Shown here: piece by piece, positions 57,046 through 64,000 of the stretch
Layout of the letters: the number at the start of each line of letters is the position of its first letter
How positions within the stretch are numbered: the stretch's first letter is position 1
NCBI GenBank assembly: GCA_944385405.1
Contig: CALWXB010000009.1
Location: forward strand, 2,096 to 66,095
Direction: 5' to 3'
Length of the DNA: 64,000 nucleotides
From: an uncultured Oscillospiraceae bacterium
Lineage (GTDB): Bacteria > Bacillota > Clostridia > Oscillospirales > Oscillospiraceae
Translations under genes and position numbers: made by a program
Notes under the pieces: generated by a model
Database searches by the model: none
The model's input: the letters and a program-made list of their open reading frames with translations, nothing else
What the model was told of the DNA's origin: nothing

Positions 57046-59153
57046 GTGCGATCACCTCGGTTCCGATTGACGGCTCCCCCGTGGAGCCGGACTAGGTACG
57101 GGCAGGCGGTGAGATCCACTTTGCCCTGCAGGGGGTTGAGATGCAGCGTCAGGCGGCCGTCACGCACCGTCATGGTGAGGAGGCCGCGCTCATGGAAGAC
57201 CTCCAGAGCCAGCGCCGCCCGCAGGAAGTTCTCGCTGCCGCCGGACTCGGCGGCGGCCTCCGCCGCCAGGCGCCGAAGGAAGGGCAGGCGGTCCGTCTCC
57301 AGCTTCCCGCACCGCAGCAGCCGCTCCAGCACCCGCCAGTAGGGCACCAGCTGTTCCCGGGTGGCCTGGAGGCGCACCGCCTCCTGGGCGGTGAGGGCGC
57401 CGCCGCCCAGCAGCCGCTCCAAAAGCAGCAGGTCCTCCGCCTGGTGGCGGCTGGGGGTGAGGGAGGGGCGCACGTCGATGAGCTGGAGCTGCAGCGTGGT
57501 GCTGCCCCGGAAGGTATTGGTCTGCAGATAGAACGCCGCGTCCACCCGGGCACCGGCCCGGACGCCGCACTCCGCCTCCGTCACGGAGAAGAAGATGGCG
57601 TCAAAGCGGCAGGGTCCCTTGCTGAGGTGGAGCTTCAGATGCCGCCCCTGGCCCACGGGCTGGACGGAGTCCACCATGGCCCCCAGCAGGGCGAACACGG
57701 GCCGGGGATTCCCGGCGCCATAGGGCTCCAGGCGGCTCAGCTCCTCCACCTCGGAGAGGGTCACCGCGCCGGGACAGGCGATGGAGGTGTCTACCTCCAG
57801 GGAGGGCACCGGCAGCTGCCCGCCGCAGGTCTCCCGCACATAGCGGTTCATCCGGGCGCGGAAGGCGTCGATGTTCTCCTCGGGGATGGTGAAGCCCGCG
57901 GCCAGCTCGTGGCCGCCGAAGCCGGTGAGCAGGCTCTTGCAGGACTCCAGGGCGGCAAAGAGGTTGAACCCGCCGTAGGACCGGCAGGAGCCCTTGCCCA
58001 CGCCGTCCTTGAGGTGGATCATGAAGCTGGGACAGGAATATTTTTCGCTCAGGCGGGAGGCCACGATGCCCACCACGCCCTGATGCCAGTGCTCACTGGA
58101 GAGCACCAGCGCGCTGCGCTCCTCGCTGCGCAGGTGGGAGATCTTCTCCGAGGCGTCGGCGCAGATGGCCTGCTCCACCGCCTGACGCTCCCGGTTCAGG
58201 TCGCACAGCTCCCGGGCCAGGGCCTCCGCCCGCAGGGGATCGTCGGTCTCCAGCAGGTCTGCGGCCAGGTCCGCCGCGCCCATGCGCCCGGCGGCGTTGA
58301 TCCGGGGAGAGAGGACGAAGCCGATCTGGATGGAGGTGATGGGCTTGCCCAGAAGGCCCGCCTCCTTCAAAAGGGCGTGGATGCCCACAAAATCCGTGTG
58401 GGGCAGGGCCTCCAGGCCGCAGGAGACGATGGTGCGGTTCTCGCCCTCCATGCGCATCACGTCGGCGATGGTGCCGATGGCGGCCAGGGTGCAGTACCGG
58501 GCGAACAGGGCGTCCTCCCGGCTCTGGCCTCCCAGGGCCAGCACCAGCTTCAGTGCCACGCCCACGCCTGCCAGGTGCTTGAAGGGATACGGGCAGTCCG
58601 GCCGGTGAGGGTCCACCACCGCTGCGGCGGCGGGGAGCTGCTCCTTGCACTCGTGGTGGTCCGTCACCACCACATCCATGCCCAAGGAGGCGGCGTAAGC
58701 CACCTCCTCGTTGCCGGTGATGCCGCAGTCCACGGTGACCATCAGCGTGGCCCCCTGGTCCCGCAGGGCGCGGATGGCGTCCCGGCTGAGGCCGTAGCCG
58801 TCCTCGATGCGCCGGGGGATGTAGCGCAGGCACCGGGCCCCGCAGCTTTTCAGATAGTCCATCAGCAGCACCGTGGAGGTGATGCCGTCCACATCGTAGT
58901 CGCCGAACACGGCGATGGTTTCCCCGTCCGCGATGGCCCGCTGGATCCGGACCACCGCCTTGTCCATGTCCCGCATGAGCATGGGGGACAGTGTCAGCGT
59001 CCGCTCCCGGTCCAGGAACTCCGCGGCGGCCTCCGGCGTGGAGATCCCCCGGGCGGAGAGCACCGTGGAGAGCAGATAGGGATATCCGGCGCTCTGGAGA
59101 AGGGCCACGTCCTGCTCCCGGGGAGTGCCGATGTTCCATTTTTGAAATTTCAC
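57042..59153 (-). CDS. recJ: ssDNA-specific exonuclease RecJ
   Basis: GDYDVDG, TVDCG, TDHH, PRINAAGR, GSCRS, GGHELAAG; GTG start after AAAGGAGG. Confidence 0.96.
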   Translation of the reverse strand: MKFQKWNIGTPREQDVALLQSAGYPYLLSTVLSARGISTPEAAAEFLDRERTLTLSPMLMRDMDKAVVRIQRAIADGETIAVFGDYDVDGITSTVLLMDYLKSCGARCLRYIPRRIEDGYGLSRDAIRALRDQGATLMVTVDCGITGNEEVAYAASLGMDVVVTDHHECKEQLPAAAAVVDPHRPDCPYPFKHLAGVGVALKLVLALGGQSREDALFARYCTLAAIGTIADVMRMEGENRTIVSCGLEALPHTDFVGIHALLKEAGLLGKPITSIQIGFVLSPRINAAGRMGAADLAADLLETDDPLRAEALARELCDLNRERQAVEQAICADASEKISHLRSEERSALVLSSEHWHQGVVGIVASRLSEKYSCPSFMIHLKDGVGKGSCRSYGGFNLFAALESCKSLLTGFGGHELAAGFTIPEENIDAFRARMNRYVRETCGGQLPVPSLEVDTSIACPGAVTLSEVEELSRLEPYGAGNPRPVFALLGAMVDSVQPVGQGRHLKLHLSKGPCRFDAIFFSVTEAECGVRAGARVDAAFYLQTNTFRGSTTLQLQLIDVRPSLTPSRHQAEDLLLLERLLGGGALTAQEAVRLQATREQLVPYWRVLERLLRCGKLETDRLPFLRRLAAEAAAESGGSENFLRAALALEVFHERGLLTMTVRDGRLTLHLNPLQGKVDLTACPYLVRLHGGAVNRNRGDRT

Positions 59154-59362
59154 GGGACGCCGCCTCCTTTCCTGCGCGATACGCATACCAATCCATGATA
59201 ACTATCCAATTATAGCAGAAGCGGCGGCGGAGGTAAAGAAGAAAGTGCCTGAAAATCGCCGTATTTCAGGCCTCCCGGCGGTTTTCGACAGGAAGGATTT
59301 GACGGACAGGGGAGATTTTGGTACAATAGCCGGACAAGAAGCGCCCAAAAGGAGGGAAAACC

Positions 59363-60877
59363 ATGATGAAACGATCTCTGCGGCGCATGCTCTGCTGCCT
59401 GCTGCTGTGCGCCTCTCTGCTTTCCTGGACGGCGGCGCCCGCCGCTGCTGTCTCCGGCTTTTCCGATGTGCCTGACTCCCACTGGGCGGCGGACTCCATC
59501 CGCCGCTGCGCCCAGCTGGGATTCCTCAAGGGGGAGACGGCCACCCGCTTCGGCGTGGGGCACCAGATGACCCGGGCCGCCTTTACCGTGGCATTGAGCC
59601 GCTTTTTCGGCTGGGAGGCACCCGCCGGCGCCCAGAGCGTCTATGACGATGTCCCCGCCGGCGCCTGGTACGCCTCCGCCGTGGCGGCGGCCTACGCCGC
59701 CGGCGCGCTGACCCTGCAAAGCAGCGAATTCCGGCCTGCCGATCCCATCACCCGGGAGGAAGTGGCGGTGATGCTGGTGCGGGCCCTAGGCTACGGCACC
59801 ATCGCGGGCCTGGCCCAGGATCTGGACATGCCCTTCCGGGATGTCAGCAGCAACGCCGGCTATATTGCCGTGGCCTATGAGCTGGGGCTGGTCAGCGGCA
59901 CCTCCGCCACCACCTTCTCCCCGGAGGGCACCGCCACCCGGGAGCAGGCCGCGGTGATGCTGATGCGGCTGTACGACAGCCTCCATGCCCCAAGTCCCGG
60001 GCGGGTGGGCATCGCCGCCTCCGCCGACGAGCTGACGGACCTTGCGGGCTATGAGGCCGTGGCGGTGGCCGCGGGCCGGCTGATCTATCAAAACGGTGCG
60101 GCGCAGCTGGTGTGGACCCTGGACGAGGAGGCCCGGGCGACCGTGGCCGGGGCGGCGGAGGCCGCCGGGGCCCAGGTGCTGCTGTATGTCAGCGCCTCGG
60201 AGAACGTCCTGCGGGGCACGGCCTCGGAGACGGCGGCCCAGCTGACCCAGGCCGTGGAGAGCCAGGGCTGGGACGGGGTGTTCCTGGATGTGGCGCAGGT
60301 GACCACCTCCGCCAACCGCAAGGCCATGACCGCCCTGGCTGCGGCGGTGTCCCAGGCCATGGGGGACCGCCTCTTCTACCTGATGGCGGAGGCTCCGGCC
60401 TGGAGCGGGACGGCGTACGACGGCTACGACTGCGCGGCCCTGGCAGAGGCGGCGGACCGGCTGGTGCTGCGGGTGGCGGATCACGATGAGAAGCTGGGCT
60501 CTTTCCGGGCCGCGCCGCTGGATCCCCTGGAGGAGGTCTACTACGCGCTGGCAAGTTTGCGGGAGCAGGCTGACAAGGTGTCTCTGCTGATCACCACCAC
60601 CGCCGGCGTGTGGACCGCCGGCAGCCGGGACGCGGACATTTCCGGCGCCCAGGCGGCCAGGCTCCAGAAGCAGTCCGGCCTGGAGAGCTACTTCTCCAGC
60701 CGCTACGCCTGCGACTATCTCACCGGCACCGTGGACAAAAAGGACACCGTGGTCTGGTATCTGGGCGCGGAGGCTGTGGCGGAGCGGGTACAGATGGCGG
60801 CCTTTTTCGGCGTGGACCAGGTGTGCCTGAGCAGTCTCAACGGCCTGTGGCCCGGTGTGGAGGAAGGTCTTGCGTGA
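59363..60877 (+). CDS. Secreted S-layer homology (3x SLH) protein with a degenerate GH18-like C-terminal domain
   Basis: Signal peptide; FSDVPDSHWA, FRPADPITREE, FSPEGTATREQ; WDGVFLD, YDCAAL.EAAD, VVWY. Confidence 0.8.
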   Translation: MMKRSLRRMLCCLLLCASLLSWTAAPAAAVSGFSDVPDSHWAADSIRRCAQLGFLKGETATRFGVGHQMTRAAFTVALSRFFGWEAPAGAQSVYDDVPAGAWYASAVAAAYAAGALTLQSSEFRPADPITREEVAVMLVRALGYGTIAGLAQDLDMPFRDVSSNAGYIAVAYELGLVSGTSATTFSPEGTATREQAAVMLMRLYDSLHAPSPGRVGIAASADELTDLAGYEAVAVAAGRLIYQNGAAQLVWTLDEEARATVAGAAEAAGAQVLLYVSASENVLRGTASETAAQLTQAVESQGWDGVFLDVAQVTTSANRKAMTALAAAVSQAMGDRLFYLMAEAPAWSGTAYDGYDCAALAEAADRLVLRVADHDEKLGSFRAAPLDPLEEVYYALASLREQADKVSLLITTTAGVWTAGSRDADISGAQAARLQKQSGLESYFSSRYACDYLTGTVDKKDTVVWYLGAEAVAERVQMAAFFGVDQVCLSSLNGLWPGVEEGLA

Positions 60878-60893
60878 CCTGCATCAAGGCGGA

Positions 60894-60927
60894 AAAAAGC
60901 CCCCATCCCAGTCGGGATGGGGGCTTG
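60894..60927. terminator. Terminator between convergent genes
   Basis: aagcccccatccc...gggatgggggctt. Confidence 0.7.
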
Positions 60928-60948
60928 AATGTTCTAAAGTGATGTGCC

Positions 60949-61359
60949 TCAGAGGTATCTCTGCATGCCCTCGGTGGCAAGGGAGATGTCGGCGCTGATG
61001 GTGACGGTGAACTTGATGCCGTTCTTCTCGCCGAAGGAATCCAGCCAGTCCAGGAAGGCCTCGGTGTCCTTGTTGACTTCCTGGCCCACCGTCTTGCAGA
61101 GGTTGTCGATGAACACGTGGGAGATGTCGTAGTTGCCTGCGTACAGGCCGCTGATGAAGCCGCGGAAGAGATCGTAGCTGCTGAGCTTATACTCCTGGGC
61201 GTCGATGAGGCGGATGTGATAGTGGATATCGTACGTCATGTTGCGGTTGGCCTCGATGCAAACCACGTTGCCGGGCTCGTCCTTCGCCGCATTGTTGATC
61301 AGTTCGATGAGCTGCTTGGTCTTTCCGGAACCCTTGACGCCCATAATCAGTCTGACCAT
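60949..61359 (-). CDS. Conserved clostridial small P-loop protein
   Basis: GVKGSGKTK, GFISGL.AGNYDI.HVFID. Confidence 0.8.
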   Translation of the reverse strand: MVRLIMGVKGSGKTKQLIELINNAAKDEPGNVVCIEANRNMTYDIHYHIRLIDAQEYKLSSYDLFRGFISGLYAGNYDISHVFIDNLCKTVGQEVNKDTEAFLDWLDSFGEKNGIKFTVTISADISLATEGMQRYL

Positions 61360-61574
61360 AGTGAATCACTCCTGTCTGTTAGAATTGCCGAAAGGAATAA
61401 AAGGGGTGGTGCTGTTGTGCTAAGGATATCATAAGCGCGGGGAAAAAACAATGCAAAAAAGCAAATTCAAAGTTTGTTTATAATGCAGCTTGACAGCCGG
61501 AGGCTGAAAAAGTGGGAAAAAGCCGGGCGGCGCCATGTGCCGCCCGGCTTTTCTGACTGGGAACAGGTGGAAAA

Positions 61575-62909
61575 TTATTTGTTCAGCTTGGCCTCCAGCG
61601 CAGCCTTGCGGTCCTCGTAGCCGGGCTTGCCCAGCAGCGCGAACATGTTCTTCTTGTAGGCCTCCACGCCGGGCTGGTCGAAGGGGTTCACCTCCAGCAG
61701 GTAACCGGACAGGCCGCAGGCATACTCAAAGAAGTAGATGAGCTGGCCCAGGTCCTCGGCGGACTTGCCGCCGGCCTCCACGATCACGTTGGGCACGCCG
61801 CCCTCGGTGTGGGCCAGAAGAGTGCCCTCCATGGCGCGGTCCCGGATGAAGTCCATGGACTTGCCGGCCAGGAAGTTCAGCCCGTCGCCGTCGTCCTCGT
61901 CCCGGGGGACATAGAGCTGGCAGTCGGACGCGCCCAGGCGCACCACGGTCTCGAACATCACCCGCTGGCCCTGCTGGATGTACTGGCCCATGGAGTGCAG
62001 ATCGGCGGTGAACTCCACGCTGGCGGGGAAGAGGCCCTTGCCCTCCTTGCCCTCGCTCTCGCCGTAGAGCTGCTTCCACCACTCGCTCATGAAGCGGAAG
62101 GCGGGGTCGTAGCAGGCCAGCAGCTCGATGGGACGGCCGGCCTCGTAAAGCGCGTAGCGCACGGCGGCATAGCGCCAGGCGGGGCAGTCATAGGAGGGAT
62201 TGGCGCACACGTCCATCATCTGGGCGGCGCCGCGCATCAGCGCCTCGATGTCCACGCCTGCCACGGCGATGGGCAGCAGGCCCACGGCGGTGAGCACGGA
62301 GTACCGGCCGCCCACCTCGTCGGGCACCACGAAGGTCTCCCAGCCCTGGGCGTCGGCCAGGGACTTCAGCGCGCCCCGGGCCTTGTCGGTGGTGGCGTAG
62401 ATCCGCTTGCCGGCCTCCTCATGGCCGTACTTCTTCTCCAGAGCCTCCCGGAAGAAGCGGAAGGCCACGGCGGGCTCGGTGGTGGTGCCGGACTTGGAGA
62501 TGACGTTGACGGAGAAGTCCACGTCGGCGATGAGATCCAGGACCTCCTGCATGGAGTCGGCGGAAAGGCCGTTGCCCACGAAGTAGACGTTGGGGGTGGA
62601 CTTCTTCTTCAGGTTGTAGTTGGGGGAGCACAGGCAGTCGATGACGCCCCGGGCGCCCAGGTAGGACCCGCCGATGCCGATGACCACCAGGGCCTGGGAA
62701 TTGGCCTGGATGCGCTTGGCGGCGGCCTGGATGCGGGCGAACTCCTCCTTGTCATAGTCACGGGGCAGGTGCACCCAGCCGGTGAACTCGGCGCCGGCGC
62801 CGGTGCCGTTTTGCAGCTTGTCGTGGGCGTCCTTCAGCCGGGGGGCCAGGGCGTCCTCATAGGGAGTGGGCAGGAAGCTCTGCATTTCAAACAACTTGAC
62901 ATCCAACAT
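61575..62909 (-). CDS. pgi: Glucose-6-phosphate isomerase
   Basis: [47 protein letters not shown]. Confidence 0.97.
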   Translation of the reverse strand: MLDVKLFEMQSFLPTPYEDALAPRLKDAHDKLQNGTGAGAEFTGWVHLPRDYDKEEFARIQAAAKRIQANSQALVVIGIGGSYLGARGVIDCLCSPNYNLKKKSTPNVYFVGNGLSADSMQEVLDLIADVDFSVNVISKSGTTTEPAVAFRFFREALEKKYGHEEAGKRIYATTDKARGALKSLADAQGWETFVVPDEVGGRYSVLTAVGLLPIAVAGVDIEALMRGAAQMMDVCANPSYDCPAWRYAAVRYALYEAGRPIELLACYDPAFRFMSEWWKQLYGESEGKEGKGLFPASVEFTADLHSMGQYIQQGQRVMFETVVRLGASDCQLYVPRDEDDGDGLNFLAGKSMDFIRDRAMEGTLLAHTEGGVPNVIVEAGGKSAEDLGQLIYFFEYACGLSGYLLEVNPFDQPGVEAYKKNMFALLGKPGYEDRKAALEAKLNK

Positions 62910-63082
62910 GATCTGAATCGTCCTTTCCTTTTCTCTCCCGGCGGGGCCGGAAGCTTCATCCGCGTATGGACACAATGCACGAAACATGGTCCGAGTACAC
63001 TGGTAGAATTATAGCAGTTTTGCATGGAAACGGCAAGGGGAAACCGGCGCCGGGCCGCCGAAAAGCAGGCGCCGTCTTTGGA

Positions 63083-64000
63083 TTAATCTGACAAAAAGGC
63101 GGTCCGCAGCAGCCGCAGCAGCAGCTGGCCGTAGGTGACGCGGGGCACGCTCTCTCCGGCTACCAGATCCAGCTCCGCCACCACCGTCTCCCCGGCGGTT
63201 ACGGTCAGCGTCCCCAGATGGTCCCCGGCGGACACCGGTGCCTCTGCGGACTCCGCCAGGGCCACGGACTGGGAGAGGGTCCCGGCCTGAGCCTTTTCCA
63301 GCAGCAGCGTCCCGGCTCCCTCCGCCAGCACCGGCTGCACGGTGGCCTGGGTCCCCAGGTTCACGGGGATGGGCGGCAGCGCCGCCTCCGGCGTCACGCG
63401 GCAGAGAGTGTACCCGGCAAAGCCCTCGTTGAGAAGGGCCTTGGCGTCTTCGAAGCGGGCGTCCGAGGTGGCGCCCTTCATGATGACGGCGATGAGCTCC
63501 ATGCCGTCCCGCTCCGCTGTGGCGGAGAGACAGTAGAGGGCGGAATCCGTGGAGCCGGTCTTGAGGCCCGTGGTGCCCTCATAGAAGCGCACCAGCTTGT
63601 TGGTGTTCACCAGCTGGGACGCGCCGTTTCGGAGGGAGTCCATCCAGATGGTGGTGTAGCGGCGGATGTCCGGATGATGCAGGATCAGCTCCCGGCTCAT
63701 CAGGGCGATGTCGTAGGCGGAGGTGACGTGGCCTTCGGCGGGGAGGCCCGTGGCGTTGCGGAACACGGTGTCCGCCATGCCCAGCTCCGCCGCCCGGGCG
63801 TTCATCCGCTCCACAAAGGCCGCCTCGCTGCCGGCGATCTGCTCCGCCAGCGCCACGGCGCAGTCGTTGGCCGACACCACGCACACCGCCTTGAGCATCT
63901 CCTCCACCGTCATCTGCTCCCCCTCCTTCAGCCAGATCTGGCTGCCGCCCATGGAAGCGGCGTGGGCGGAGGCGGTGACCACGGTGTCGTAGGTCAGCTG
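63083..64000 (-). CDS. dacF: D-Ala-D-Ala carboxypeptidase (S11, DacF-like); 5' end outside the window
   Basis: ASMGGSQIWL, SANDC (SxN), LVNTNKLV, GLKTG, PBP5 C-terminal domain. Confidence 0.85.
   Translation of the reverse strand, partial: QLTYDTVVTASAHAASMGGSQIWLKEGEQMTVEEMLKAVCVVSANDCAVALAEQIAGSEAAFVERMNARAAELGMADTVFRNATGLPAEGHVTSAYDIALMSRELILHHPDIRRYTTIWMDSLRNGASQLVNTNKLVRFYEGTTGLKTGSTDSALYCLSATAERDGMELIAVIMKGATSDARFEDAKALLNEGFAGYTLCRVTPEAALPPIPVNLGTQATVQPVLAEGAGTLLLEKAQAGTLSQSVALAESAEAPVSAGDHLGTLTVTAGETVVAELDLVAGESVPRVTYGQLLLRLLRTAFLSD

Noticed and set aside
57042-57060. apt missing between recJ and relA
   Set aside because: Ordinary lineage-level gene-order variation; the two genes are cleanly coupled by an ATGA overlap.

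Overview
High-GC, gene-dense chromosomal window from a spore-forming clostridial gut bacterium. The gene content is typical of Oscillospiraceae (Oscillibacter/Dysosmobacter-like), which is an inference. The left half (1-37.3 kb) is accessory metabolism: a pentose/furanose ABC transporter with an FGGY kinase and LacI, a BlaI/M56 sensor pair, a putative sporulation surface operon (DUF11, membrane protein, carboxypeptidase-regulatory-like protein, Cys-rich protein, M15 peptidase), a peptide ABC locus with deacylase, PLP lyase, creatininase-like enzyme and IadA, PhnCDE, and a TRAP plus flavoprotein dehydrogenase operon. The right half is mostly core genome: tRNA-fMet, tRNA-Leu, mnmA, gap, hpf, divIC, yabQ/P/O, hup, mazG, yabM, hemZ, dtd, relA, recJ, pgi, dacF. 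I saw no IS, prophage, integrase or CRISPR array. The best leads are (1) a ~250-nt phnD leader RNA with a TPP-riboswitch-like module in non-canonical order plus a terminator/antiterminator switch, (2) an in-frame TAG in the surface operon after which the protein clearly continues, (3) an unannotated 24-aa ORF with its own promoter, RBS and terminator, (4) an orphan ~70-nt sRNA candidate, (5) a His-less orphan kinase, and (6) a GAPDH with an altered cofactor loop. All calls come from reading the sequence; no searches were run.
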